Source: Lama guanicoe
Taxonomy: Eukaryota
Length of the DNA: 64,000 bases
Reading direction: 5' to 3'
Assembly (NCBI GenBank): GCA_013239625.1
Contig: MU054187.1
Span: forward strand, 17,290,711-17,354,710
A program made the position numbers and the translations under genes. Of this stretch, positions 1-12,496 are shown in pieces. Below the pieces are notes generated by a model, which worked only from the letters and a program-made list of their open reading frames with translations, did no database searches and was not told where the DNA came from. The number at the start of each line of letters is the position of its first letter. Within the stretch, counting starts at the first letter, position 1.

Positions 1-1030
1 ATGCTCAGTGTCACTAATTATTAGAGAAATGCAAACCAAAACTACAATGAGGTATCACCTCTCACCAGTCAGAATGGCCGTCATTAAAAAGTCTGCAAAC
101 AATAAATGCTGGAGAGGGTGTGGAGAAAAGGCAACCCTCCTACCCTGTTGGTGGGAATATAATTTGGGGCAGCCACTATGGAAAACAGTATGAAGATTCC
201 TTCAAAAACTATAATTAGACTTACCATATGATCCAGCAATCCCACTCTTGGGCATATATGCAGATAAAACTCCAATTCAAAAAGATACAGGCAGCAGGGA
301 GGGTATAGCTCAAGTAGCAGAATGCATGCCTAGCATGAATGAGGTCCTGGGTTCAATGCCCAGTACCTCCTCTAAAAAATAAATAAATGAATCTAATTAC
401 CCCTCACCAACCCCCCAAAATAAAAGTAAATACATTAAAAACAAGAACAAAAAGACACATGCATTCTAATGTTCATAGCAGCACTATGAACCCAATGTTC
501 ATACTTAATACAATAGTCAAGACATGGAAGCAACCTAAATGTCCATTGACAGATGATTGCGTAAAGAAGATGTGATTTATATATATATAATATAAATATA
601 TATAAATAAATATAAATATATATACATTTATTTCAATAGTACTTAGCCATGAAAGAGAATAAAATAATGCCATTTACAGCAACATGGATGGATCTGAAGA
701 TTATCACACTTAGTGAAGTAAATTAGACAGAGAAAGACAAGTATCACATGATATCACTTATATGTGGAATCTAAAAAAAATGACATAAATGAACTTATTT
801 ACAAAACAGAAACAGACTCAACAGACATAGAAAATAAACTTATTGTTACCAAAGGGGAAAGGTGATGGGAGGGATAAATTAGGACTATGGGATTAACAGA
901 TATAAACTACTGTAAATAAAATAGATAAACAATGAGGTCCTACTGTTTAGCACTGAGAACGATATTCAAACTAAGCTATAGAAACTAACACAACATTGCA
1001 AATCAATTATACTTCAGTAAAAAAGAAATT
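1..1030 (+). mobile_element. LINE-1 3' end (ORF2 C-terminus + 3'UTR), copy 1, interrupted by a SINE
   Basis: Translation [40 protein letters not shown]...WKTV and KTWKQPKCPLTDD are characteristic of the L1 ORF2 C-terminus. A typical L1 3'UTR and A-rich tail (~1018-1030) follow. Confidence 0.93.
294..447 (+). mobile_element. tRNA-derived SINE (camelid Vic-1-like) nested in L1
   Basis: GGGAGGGTATAGCTCAAGTAGCAGAATGCATGCCTAGCATGAATGAGGTCCTGGGTTCAATGCCCAGTACCTCC has Pol III A/B-box-like motifs and an A-rich tail. Flanked by a 16-bp TSD CAAAAAGATACAGGCA (278-293) / CAAAAAGACACATGCA (448-463). Confidence 0.9.
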
Positions 1031-1096
1031 AAATCATTAACTAATTTCCAAAACCTACATTTTTCATATATTGTCAAAACCTGAAATACAATACAG

Positions 1097-1936
1097 NNNN
1101 NNNNNNNNNNNNNNNNNNNNNNNNNNNNNNNNNNNNNNNNNNNNNNNNNNNNNNNNNNNNNNNNNNNNNNNNNNNNNNNNNNNNNNNNNNNNNNNNNNNN
1201 NNNNNNNNNNNNNNNNNNNNNNNNNNNNNNNNNNNNNNNNNNNNNNNNNNNNNNNNNNNNNNNNNNNNNNNNNNNNNNNNNNNNNNNNNNNNNNNNNNNN
1301 NNNNNNNNNNNNNNNNNNNNNNNNNNNNNNNNNNNNNNNNNNNNNNNNNNNNNNNNNNNNNNNNNNNNNNNNNNNNNNNNNNNNNNNNNNNNNNNNNNNN
1401 NNNNNNNNNNNNNNNNNNNNNNNNNNNNNNNNNNNNNNNNNNNNNNNNNNNNNNNNNNNNNNNNNNNNNNNNNNNNNNNNNNNNNNNNNNNNNNNNNNNN
1501 NNNNNNNNNNNNNNNNNNNNNNNNNNNNNNNNNNNNNNNNNNNNNNNNNNNNNNNNNNNNNNNNNNNNNNNNNNNNNNNNNNNNNNNNNNNNNNNNNNNN
1601 NNNNNNNNNNNNNNNNNNNNNNNNNNNNNNNNNNNNNNNNNNNNNNNNNNNNNNNNNNNNNNNNNNNNNNNNNNNNNNNNNNNNNNNNNNNNNNNNNNNN
1701 NNNNNNNNNNNNNNNNNNNNNNNNNNNNNNNNNNNNNNNNNNNNNNNNNNNNNNNNNNNNNNNNNNNNNNNNNNNNNNNNNNNNNNNNNNNNNNNNNNNN
1801 NNNNNNNNNNNNNNNNNNNNNNNNNNNNNNNNNNNNNNNNNNNNNNNNNNNNNNNNNNNNNNNNNNNNNNNNNNNNNNNNNNNNNNNNNNNNNNNNNNNN
1901 NNNNNNNNNNNNNNNNNNNNNNNNNNNNNNNNNNNN
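1097..1936. other. Assembly gap (840 N)
   Basis: Run of N bases. Confidence 1.
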
Positions 1937-2320
1937 CCCCAAACAACCCAATTAAAAAATGGGCAGAAGACCTAAAAAGACAGTTCTCCAGTGACAACGT
2001 TCAGATGGCCAATAGGCACATGAAAAGATGCTCAGTGTCACTAATTATTAGAGAAATGCAAACCAAAACTACAATGAGGTATCACCTCTCACCAGTCAGA
2101 ATGGCCGTCATTAAAAAGTCTGCAAACAATAAATGCTGGAGAGGGTGTGGAGAAAAGGCAACCCTCCTACCCTGTTGGTGGGAATATAATTTGGGGCAGC
2201 CACTATGGAAAACAGTATGAAGATTCCTTCAAAAACTATAATTAGACTTACCATATGATCCAGCAATCCCACTCTTGGGCATATATGCAGATAAAACTCC
2301 AATTCAAAAAGATACAGGCA

Positions 2321-2474
2321 GCAGGGAGGGTATAGCTCAAGTAGCAGAATGCATGCCTAGCATGAATGAGGTCCTGGGTTCAATGCCCAGTACCTCCTCT
2401 AAAAAATAAATAAATGAATCTAATTACCCCTCACCAACCCCCCAAAATAAAAGTAAATACATTAAAAACAAGAA
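2321..2474 (+). mobile_element. tRNA-derived SINE (Vic-1-like), duplicate of 294-447
   Basis: Same sequence as 294-447 at offset 2027, with the same TSD. Confidence 0.9.
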
Positions 2475-2602
2475 CAAAAAGACACATGCATTCTAATGTT
2501 CATAGCAGCACTATGAACCCAATGTTCATACTTAATACAATAGTCAATACATGGAAGCAACCTAAATGTCCATTGACAGATGATTGCATAAAGAAGATGT
2601 GA

Positions 2603-2737
2603 TTTATATATATATAATATAAATATATATAAATAAATATAAATATATTTATATATATATAATATATATATTTATAAAAATATATAATATTTATATATAT
2701 AATATAAATATATATAAATAAATATAAATATATATAC
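2603..2737. repeat. AT-rich low-complexity / (TA)n-like microsatellite
   Basis: ~135 bp of only A/T with TATATA and TAAA units. Confidence 0.9.
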
Positions 2738-3372
2738 ATTTATTTCAATAGTACTTAGCCATGAAAGAGAATAAAATAATGCCATTTACAGCAACATGGA
2801 TGGATCTGAAGATTATCACACTTAGTGAAGTAAATTAGACAGAGAAAGACAAGTATCACATGATATCACTTATATGTGGAATCTAAAAAAAATGACATAA
2901 ATGAACTTATTTACAAAACAGAAACAGACTCAACAGACATAGAAAATAAACTTATTGTTACCAAAGGGGAAAGGTGATGGGAGGGATAAATTAGGACTAT
3001 GGGATTAACAGATATAAACTACTGTAAATAAAATAGATAAACAATGAGGTCCTACTGTTTAGCACTGAGAACGATATTCAATACCTTATAATAGCCTATA
3101 AGGAAAAAGAATATGAAAAGGAATATATATATATATATAAAATATATAAAATGACTGAATCACTAAGCTATACACTAGAAACTAACACAACATTGCAAAT
3201 CAATTATACTTCAGTAAAAAAGAAATTAAATCATTAACTAATTTCCAAAACCTACATTTTTCATATATTGTCAAAACCTGAAATACAGCTGAGTAACATC
3301 AGAGGTTAATCCAACAGTTTAGTTTAAGTAGAATAAATTATTTGGCATCTAAGCCACTTCAGCCTGATGATC

Positions 3373-3513
3373 TTTTTTTTTAATAATTGAAGTATAGTCA
3401 GTTTACAATATTGCATCAATTTCCAGATGTACAGAATAATGTTTTAGTTATACATATACATACATATATTCCTTTTCATATTATTTTTTATTATATGTTA
3501 CTACAAGACACTG
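3373..3513 (-). mobile_element. Short 5'-truncated L1 3' end
   Basis: Poly-T followed by ATTGAAGTATAGTCAGTTTACAAT..., the reverse complement of the L1 terminus seen at 26555-26815. Confidence 0.8.
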
Positions 3514-5034
3514 AAATCACAGTAGTTCTGCAAATCTCAAACTCCCAGGTTATTCCTTCTCACCTGCTGTTCTTTACAGCAGATCTCTGTTCTGTATGAG
3601 CCTTAAAAAAATCCTGTGGTAGACAATCACTTTGATTTGATATAAGTGTGGACAACCAGCGGACTGTCTCCACCCCAACCTCCATCCTGCCAGTTCTTTC
3701 AAGTTGAAGCGCCTTCCGGGTTTGATGGTGATACCTTTAAGGCAACCCAAGTTTAATCAACATTCTTCTTTAATTCCTCAACTGAGAGCCCCATATGTTA
3801 AACACCATTTCAAATCAGGCACGCGTTAGCCCCTAAAACGTTCTGGAAAACTGAATTGCAATATTTGCTCTCACAATGCACCCAAATTAAATTTTACTTT
3901 GACAATAGCTAACCTGTTATCATTTTTAAAGTCTCTTCATTGCCTACATTTCTATCTAAACTTCTGTTACCAGTAGAGGGAATATGCCTGCCAAGTCCAG
4001 TTGAATTTAACCCTGTAACATTCAGTAAATACAGCTTATGCATTTTAAATATGTTTATCAATGTGAATCTTCCATTCTTTTCCTTCTCTGTTTTTTCCCA
4101 TTTAAAGAAGAGAGAGGAAATGTTTTAAAGTAAATTTTTGGCTAAGCAGGATTTTTCAGGTGTAAATAAAAATTGTTCCTTTTACAGACATTGTACATTA
4201 AAGTCAATTCTGCTGCATTTGAAAACCCATCAGCTTTATTTTGGACTGGTATTCAGAGTCCTCTCCTTTTTGACCAATATTATATAAAGTTCCTCTGGGA
4301 AGATAATGTGCATGATTGCAGGCTTGCCTTGTTAAAATCCATAGCTTTTTATGCAGTCATGTTTTCACCTATGAATTATGCATGAAAGAGTATCTCATTA
4401 CATTTCATTTTCTTTACAGCGGAGCCCTCTCTTCTAGACCGACTCTGGTACCCATCAGCCGCGCTCCCTCACCCTGCAGCTCCACTCCGTCTTGATGCCT
4501 TCATAGCATTTTAGACAAAATGGGCGTGTTAACTTGTCACCTCCTGCCTGGGATAAATTATTCACTGGAGCTTTGCAGATCTGTGAGATAACCAGCCTGG
4601 ACCCGGGGAAACTTCACAGGCTGTGTGTGGGAACCCAACGGAGACAGAAGGCTGTTTAGTTGTCCAAGGCAGAGGAGAAACACCGACTTGATTCCAAAAA
4701 GCAGCCTCATTTTCAAGCGTAACAAGCCCTCCCTCTCCTTCATAAAACAGAAATTAGCTTAAACGTTTGCCACTTAGATGGGTGTGTTTCAGTGTTTTAG
4801 TGTTTTTCTCAGAACTAAAGGTCAAGGAACAAAGCCCTGTGGGTTTTTTTCTTTTTTCTTTTCTTTCTTTCTTTCTTTCTTTTTTTTTTTTAACGTAAGC
4901 CATTGGTCTTCCATACCTGACAAGATGAATTAAACGTGGAGAAAAGATCACAGAATTTAATCAGCATAGTCATTCAGTGCATGTGGTCAGGAACAATCAT
5001 TCAAAGAAGCATATGGAAAACTAGATTAGTATGT

Positions 5035-5076
5035 TTGTGTGTGTTGTGTGTGTGTGTGTGAGTGTGTGAGAGTGTA
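5035..5076. repeat. (TG)n microsatellite, imperfect
   Basis: TGTGTGTGTTGTGTGTGTGTGTGTGAGTGTGTGAGAGTGT. Confidence 0.85.
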
Positions 5077-8000
5077 TTATGAGGATTTTTAACTAAGCCT
5101 CTCTCTCTGATTCCAAGCAGTTCCTTATAAGAAAATCCAGTTCAGAAAAAAGATTAATTTTGCTTATGTCAAATTATACCGTTCACTCTAACAGAGTCAC
5201 ATTATAAAAAAAAAGGGGTCACCTAAAAGTGGCAAAAGAAAAAAATCCCTGAAGAAATCAAAGTTAATATCAAAAATGTAATGAACAAATTAGCTTCTGA
5301 TTTTTTCTATCCAATTAACTATTTTCTTGGGATCAATGAGAATTATGCTGATCACTGAGGGTAAGTTTCTATGGGTCTCGAAAGGTGAAAGGTGAAAGCT
5401 GAAAGGCACACTGAAGTTTATTTCGAGACTTAAGAAGACTCGCTCAATTTTCTTTAATTTTTCTGGCAAGAATGTGGTCATGGTGACAAAAAACCCTTTC
5501 CTATCCCAACTGTCATACATTCTTTCTGACTAAGAATTGAAACCTTCTTAAAATGAAACCCAAGGAAATGACTTATAAGCTCGTTGCTCAGAGTCCTGGC
5601 AGTGAGGCTCATGGTTCTGACAGTACACTTTCGAAATACAGCCTCTACATGTGGAATTTTCTGATATGTGAGTTCATTGTAAAAGTTTTACACTTTGTAA
5701 AGCAGACATTTGCACTCTTATTTTCATTTTCTTCTTAATAACTATAGGTGTAATATATTTTCTAAATACGTACGTGCATATATATGTATACCTATAAAAT
5801 ATATTCTAAAACATTTGTGCACACACATACAAAAACACAAAATTGTATACTCAATGCTCAAATATGTCACTGCGACATGGTGACGTGGTTTATGAAGACT
5901 ATAAGTAATATGCCAAAAGCCTCTGGTCCAATTACCATCATCTGTTGTTAAGTTCCAGGAAGTCATAGGTTTCTCCAAAGGTTCCTCTTTCTCCCCTTCT
6001 GACTTAAAGGAATCTTCTTTGTGATCATGGAATAATAATATGGAACGATACTTTCATATCTTTAAAGTAGTACTTTTTTAAGCCAACACATGCTTTTGTG
6101 ATTGGTACAACATTTCTTCCTAACTTTACTGCTGTTTGCTCCTGTGGCAGCCATGCAGCCAGAACTTAGATACAGATCTAAGGGGTCTAAACCTCAGTCT
6201 GTTTTTACGCAACCACAAAGGAAGGAATTGACATGTGCAGTGGATGGCAGTTTTCTTTGAAAGCTTATCATTTGGCATAGTGATTGGCATTAAAAGAATG
6301 CCATTTGACTACTGGCTGAATGAATGGATGACCTGTCATTACAGGCAGCTCTATAGCACATTGACAACACACAGAGGTTATGAACCTAGTTCAGTATTAA
6401 TATAGGTGAGCATGGGTAGGTCAGGTTCTGATTTCCCCTTCAATAAGGATTTCTGTTGTTTCCCAGAAACAGCTATAGATTACGCTCCTGGGAAAGCATT
6501 TGTTATTCTCAGTTTGATTTCCAGAAAACTAATGCAGTGAAATGATTTGAATAACTAGGGCCAAAGACATAATTATTGGTAGGTTGTCATTTGGTTGAGT
6601 ATTGACACAAGAATATTAATATTATATACTATCAGTTATAGTCTGGGTTTAAATTTCTTCCAGTTTCTCTGCACTCTTGGTCAATTTGAGTGTCATTTAA
6701 AACATTCAGGGTAATTTAGTGGAAATAAAATTTTACCTAAAAATTAATGTCATATTTGCTTGTTTCTGTTTTCTCTTGGTTAAGTGTTGGTTTATATTCA
6801 CACTGTCCACAAGAGAGGTACCACTTCCCCTGGAGAGAAAGTGTTTCAGCACCTGTGCATAAGAAGCACATAAGATCCGCAGCTCTGTATGGCTTTATTA
6901 TCCTTATTCTTTGTCCCATATCCAAATCTATCTCTTTGTGAGATGCAATAAACATGAAGGAAAGTTTGGGTAGAGAAGGCTATTTTTTTTCACTCCTTCA
7001 CCCTCATGTGTTCATATCCTGATATAAAATCTCCAACAATATATTTACCTAGGAAGAATTGCAAGAGAAGTTTTGGTTGTGTTATTACCTGCTGATAATT
7101 TTATGGTGTGGTAACAGTGACTTGGAGAGGTGGAAAAAGAATAGGCATTTTGATCTACCCATCATGAACACAATGATACACGTGATTGAGTCCATAGGTA
7201 TTTCATCACTGGAAGAGAAAATGCCCTCAGATCATTTCAAGGGTATTTCAGATTTGCATGTATTTTATTTTAGCTTATAACTAAAACCATTTTTTTCTTT
7301 TACACTGTAGTCTTTAATATCTGCCTCCTACCCAAAATATACTATTTCTAGTCTTGCTTCCGCAATATGTATATTCAGAAATTTAGGCTGCAAGAAAAAA
7401 AATGACTCAAAAAGAACATTCTACCTGATATTTTGTAGTCTAGAACTAGAATTGATTAATTAAAGGAAAGATTTATTAATTCCAGGGCAAAGTGAAATAT
7501 CAAGGCCAAGGAACAGTATACATTGCATACACCCCATGCTTTTGTTTGGATAAAATATGAGATATGACAAGACGGGACTCTTATCTTGATTAATTCTAAA
7601 ATGTCTCTCTCACTTATTCCAGTGCCTCACCCTCTTTTCTAATCACATCGACACATGAACTTTTTTGTCCCTGCCAAGTGAGTTATTTGCAATGGCAATA
7701 TTAATACATTTGAGCAGAATTGAATCAAGTTGCTTTCAAAAAAAGATAGAGTGATAGGGTCAGAGAACGTATTATTTCAAGCAAATATTGTATATATTTG
7801 AGGTGACAAAGGCCTACCTAGACTCAAATAAGACCAGAACTGATTTGGAAATAATAAAAGAGGTGATGACATGGATTTAACTCTGCTGCATATACATGGG
7901 AAATAAAACATAAGCTTTCCCCTAGTTTTAAGTTTGATATGTCATGAAAATTGACTTAAAGCATAATTATCAATAATTATAGATTATTTAACAGATACTC

Positions 8001-9199
8001 AACCAAACCCTAGAGGAAAAGTGTCAAAGACAGCTTAGAAATTTTGGTTAATGTCGAACATATAAAGAATCAAAAAAAAAAAAAAGGATACTTGAAATTT
8101 GCCAGTTCTAGTGATCACAAAAGACTAAGTCAAATAAAATTGCCTTAAGTTACAGCAAGCGAGAACTTCTACTGAATGTCAGAATGTATTTCTCCCTTCT
8201 CTGAACTCTAACAGCATGCATTGCCTGAATCAATCATTAGCAAATAAATTGAGTATCACTTTATGTCATTGCTATCACTTTATTAAAATGTTATTTAACA
8301 TGTTGTATTGTGTTTTTAGTTTATCCTTTGATTGTGAGCTTGAGATCAAATGTTAATTATTTTATTCTTCACAAGATGTAGCTCAGTTTCTTTTACATAT
8401 CTGCCTCCAAGGAAATACATGCTTTTTTATTTGATTTATTTGATCTTCACACCTGGTGTCTTGAAAAATTAGAGAAGTAAGTGTAGTTTTGAATGATCTA
8501 AAGTTGTCATGCTCAGAATCAGAGGGATGGACCACACGATGTCTTTGACGACCCAAGTGTTGTTTATAATATATAAGGTATGATTACCAGCCCCTATAAT
8601 AGCCTCTAAAAGAATAAAAATTGAGGGTTAAAAGTGTAATGAAATGCAAATGAAACTGTCCTGGGAACAGAACTGCATATTTTATTTGTTTCTTACAGAA
8701 TCTAGGACATAGAGGATGTTAATATTAAATGCTATCAACAGTATTCTAGTTTTAAAATAATGGTGAACATAATTCATAGTCGAATTGCTGTTACTAGTTA
8801 GAAATAAATGCTGCCAAATATTTGGAGAACCCAATGTAGTTGCATCAGTTCTATGTTAAAAAGAGTTCCAAATATCTTACGTTCTTTCTATTTGTTATAT
8901 TTCCTAGCTTTGTCAACACATTGAATAAAATGTAAGCCTACAGTCAACCTCATGAATTGGCTGCAAAACCAATTTAAAATCAAACATAATTAAGGTTCAA
9001 GATTTACAGTGCACAGCCTTGTCTAAGAGGGCTCTCTTTCTCTCTCCTTTTTTCTCACAAATTTGTCCCATTTAATGAGGAAGAAGTAAAAGATATTAAC
9101 AACTTATGACTTATAAAGTCCTTTTGACATTTAGTCCATTTCAGGTAGATGCTTTTTTAAACAATGCGTATTTTGGGTTGCGCTTAATTAAATAGAAGA

Positions 9200-9375
9200 C
9201 AGAGCAGCACAGCTTAAATATCACTGGACTCGAGAAGCTCTAATTTTGCTGTGTCCACTCATTCTCTACAGGACCTTGCACAAGCCACTTAACCTTTTTG
9301 GGCTACGATCTTCTCAACTGTAAATGAAACTGCTGGATTAGAACATCTTTAAGGTCTTTGTCAATGCTCAACTTG
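9200..9375 (+). mobile_element. MIR SINE remnant
   Basis: GACCTTGCACAAGCCACTTAACCTTTTTGGGCTACGATCTTCTCAACTGTAAATG resembles the MIR core (GACCTTGGGCAAGTCACTTAACCTCTCTGAGCCTCAGTTTCCTCATCTGTAAAATG). Confidence 0.7.
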
Positions 9376-9819
9376 TAGAATTGTGTATGTTCCATAATTA
9401 TTTTTAACCTCGATATCCTCATTTAAGTAATGTACTTTGCAATCACATTGTCGTTCTCTTTAGGTTTGTTTTGAGAATCAGAGTAAGTTATTTAATTTTT
9501 TGGAAACCCTACATTACCATTGAAAAGTGTTGTTATTGTCATCAGTCACAGTGGTATTAACAATTTTAGGAGGATACAATGCTATCTTGAGAAAACAGAG
9601 GAATTTAGAAGAGCAGTAATACACTGTGTGACTTGCCCCTTTTAGAAGTCCTTTGAAGATGGATTTGTTCTTCAACTAAAGTTGCTTTGAAGAAATATCA
9701 TCAGCAAAATGATCATCGGTCTTAATAATGTAGAGCATACATGAGAAACCTGCAGTGCAATGGAAATCTTGTTTTGTCAGATATTATTCCATTAACTGAA
9801 ACTGGAATGAGAAATTAGC

Positions 9820-10075
9820 AGCAACAACTGATTGAGCTTCCGCTGTGTGTAGGACATCTTGCTAAGCACTCTTAGGAGATTCCTACTAGATCCTGCCGTC
9901 AAAGAACTTGCAATTTAATTTAAGAGAGAAAATAGGTTTTGCAAAAAAAAATTAAGTCAATCAAAAAGATGGTAAAGAAGATGCTGCAAGGTCACTCCTT
10001 ATAATCAGGCTGGGGAAATATTATAGGAAGTTGGTGTAGGATTTCAGAGGACAGAAAGATTGCTTTAGGCTGAGT
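9820..10075 (-). mobile_element. L2 LINE 3' remnant
   Basis: CAACTGATTGAGCTTCCGCTGTGTGTAGGACATCTTGCTAAGCACT...CCTGCCGTCAAAGAACTTGCAATTTAAT resembles the reverse complement of the L2 3' end. Confidence 0.55.
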
Positions 10076-10266
10076 TGGAGCGTTAAACTTCTACAATGGA
10101 AATGAATTGTGTCCATGTTAATAGAATTGATTAAAACAAATATTCAATGCTTTCCCCCTATTCTTTCCTTAACCTCCTTTTCAGTTAGATTGGAACCATG
10201 GAACCATGGCCGAAGACTATTAGAGGAAGTGACCTGTTTCTTTTCTAGGTGAGGTCAATTAGGTGT

Positions 10267-10818
10267 TCTCAGGGAGGAAAAATTTGTCATCTGCCCTTCT
10301 AGATTCTTCTGGCTGGTCTAAGAATTAAATTGACAGAAGAAAAATTAATGAGAAGAAATTGAATTTAATTACATACATATGATGGTCCCATAAGAAAAAT
10401 GAGACTTTAGGACCTGTTAGGCAGTTGAAGTGTAGACACTGTCTGAAAGAAAGAGGACAGGGTAGGGGTTTGGGACTTCAAAGGGGAGGAAAATAATTTA
10501 CAGAAAGATGGGGAAAAAATGTTTGGTAAATAAATGTTTTCCATGCTGTGCAGATACAATGAGATACAGGGAGAACTTTGACCAAACAAGTCTTGCTAAG
10601 TTTTCCTCAGTCTACCACACCTACTTTATATCTTTTGTAGTTAGCTCTGATGATAGCTCTATTCCTGGGGTAGGTCACCATTCTAAATTCTTTTAGGTAG
10701 TTAAGAGGGAGGAAGTAAAATCTTGTACTGACCCTTTTGTTTCTTAAAAACAACAAACCCAAAACAATCCTCATGCCAAAGAGACACATTTTAGGGTGGC
10801 AGATTTTGCTCCCCTGCA
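10267..10818 (-). mobile_element. ERV1 solo LTR, MER34-like
   Basis: Minus strand starts TGCAGGGGAGCAAAATCTGCCACCCTAAAATGTGTCTCTTTGGCATGAGGATT (MER34-type 5' end) and ends ...TCAATTTAATTCTTAGACCAGCCAGAAG...TTTTTCCTCCCTGAGA. A 4-bp TSD GTGT lies at 10263-10266 and 10819-10822. Confidence 0.85.
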
Positions 10819-10822
10819 GTGT

Positions 10823-11020
10823 CATGGGCCCCCTCCATTATTCTCTTTTGCCTCCTAGCCTTGGAAGTCATATATTTCTCCAAATGGCACAACTAAAGGA
10901 TGGAGGAGAGCTACCTGGGTCACATGGCCTACTGGATTTTACCTGGGGGATGGAGAAATCTTGGCTGATGATGAGCCACTGAGATTCTGTGTTTATCTGC
11001 TGCAGGAACTAGCAGGAGGT
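10823..11020 (+). mobile_element. Old MaLR (MLT1-type) LTR 3' portion
   Basis: AAGGATGGAGGAGAGCTACCTGGGTC...GAGCCACTGAGATTCTGTGTTTATCTGCTGCAG resembles the 3' end of MLT1J/K/L-type LTRs. Confidence 0.5.
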
Positions 11021-12180
11021 GCTCTAACACGAGGCATGAGTAGAATTTAATTAGGTAAAGAGGAAAAGGAAGACATTGCATGCATTTGTGATCATATAAA
11101 CAACATGATGGACTGAAACATGCAAAAATATTGTCCAGGAATCATTAAAACATGCACACTCACACACATACCCACACACTTGATTGAAATGAAAGATGTA
11201 AAACTTATAATAATTCAAGTTAGAAAATAAATTATGACAAATTGATAAGAAATTTTGCTGACAGTTTAAGAAGCATGGGGTTTATTGTGTTGATTCTAAG
11301 CAAACAATGAAGATTTTTGAGAAGCATAGGGAAGTTGTCAAAGAAGTATAGAGACTGAAAAAAGAGAGGGATGTGGGAGAGAGAGAGAGAGAGCAAATAA
11401 AATTTTTAAATATTTCATTAAAGATGTAGTTGTATAACATTTTGGATGTAGGAACAGATACAGAGGGAGAGATACAGAATACGTATATGAAAATATTTAA
11501 ACTACTGCTCTACATTTTCTTACTATCAAGTTCGTGTGATAAATATTTATTGATCAGTGTAATTATAAAATTTCTGCAGACTAAAATGGAAAGTGTCTTA
11601 GAAAAGTAAAATTTAACAAAAACATCAAATATGTTTTCACAGAAGTTTAAGACTCACAATTAAGGTGTGTACTATTATGGGAATAAGTTAATTAATTAAG
11701 AAAACTTGCCAATATATTTTTTAATCTCTAGAAATAAATAATATTTAATATTTACAACATTTATTTGAGCTTACTGGCTTCAGCACTAAGATTTGTCATC
11801 CAACTGTTGCTCATTTCAATAATTTTATAAAAAGAAACACACATTTGCATGCAGCAAAGACATCATGCTCACATTTACCCAAATCAATCAGAAGTTTGAC
11901 TGACTTGATTTTTAAAATAATCCCTGCCAATTTGAACATAACCTCAGTCAATTAAAATCGTGAGACTCATTTAGAATTTGGATTATAAGAGTCTTTCTAA
12001 AGCTCAGTGAAAAGAAAATGAGAGGCAAAATTGACTTAATTCTTTTTGGAATGACAACTGATGAAAAGTTTGATTGTTTTTCCATCAACACATTCCATTT
12101 CCTTTAGGCTTATATATATGGGACTTTGCTTTTTTATTGACTAACATAAATATGTCACACATCTTAAATTATGTTTCTTA

Positions 12181-12475
12181 TGTAAAAATGAATAAATAGA
12201 AACCTTAAATAGGATTTGGAGACCAGAAGAGGACGTTCTCACACCCAGCAAAGACAGCAGAGCCCAACAGGATGAACAGCCAATGAAAAGTCATAGACTC
12301 TTTGTTTATTCTAGCCCTCCCAACTTCTTGTCTCCGCTGTAAATGTGTTCTTCTTCTTTTGTCATGTGGGGACTTGCACTTGGCTGAAGACCCAAATTGC
12401 ATTTCTCTACTGATCGCAAATAAACCCATTACTGCTGGAGAAATATCTGGCAGTCTAATTTGTTTTAGGTCAACA
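12181..12475 (+). mobile_element. ERV1 5' LTR (MER34/MER39-group-like)
   Basis: Starts TGT and ends ...AATAAACCCATTACTGCTGGAGAAATATCTGGCAGTCTAATTTGTTTTAGGTCAACA, with a polyA signal and terminal CA. A PBS follows immediately. Confidence 0.8.
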
Positions 12476-12478
12476 TTT

Positions 12479-12496
12479 TGGTGGCTCACTTGGGGA
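12479..12496 (+). other. Retroviral primer-binding site (degenerate, tRNA-Ile-like)
   Basis: TGGTGGCTCACTTGGGGA begins 4 nt after the LTR end. It matches 13/18 of TGGTGGCCCGTACGGGGA, the recalled complement of the tRNA-Ile 3' end. Confidence 0.6.

Larger units (their letters stand above)
1937..3230 (+). mobile_element. LINE-1 3' end (ORF2 C-terminus + 3'UTR), copy 2
   Basis: [12 protein letters not shown]...[34 protein letters not shown] matches the L1 ORF2 C-terminus. The 3'UTR ends ...ATTATACTTCAGTAAAAAAGAAATTAAA. Confidence 0.93.

Noticed and set aside
297..370. tRNA-like sequence (also at 2324, 22668, 25468)
   Set aside because: SINE heads with A-rich tails, TSDs and degenerate stems, not tRNA genes.
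1064..1997. Three ~300-aa ORFs
   Set aside because: They consist of X residues from the N gap.
2005..2220. 71-aa ORF with recognisable protein similarity
   Set aside because: Fragment of L1 ORF2, ending at a premature stop; not a host gene.
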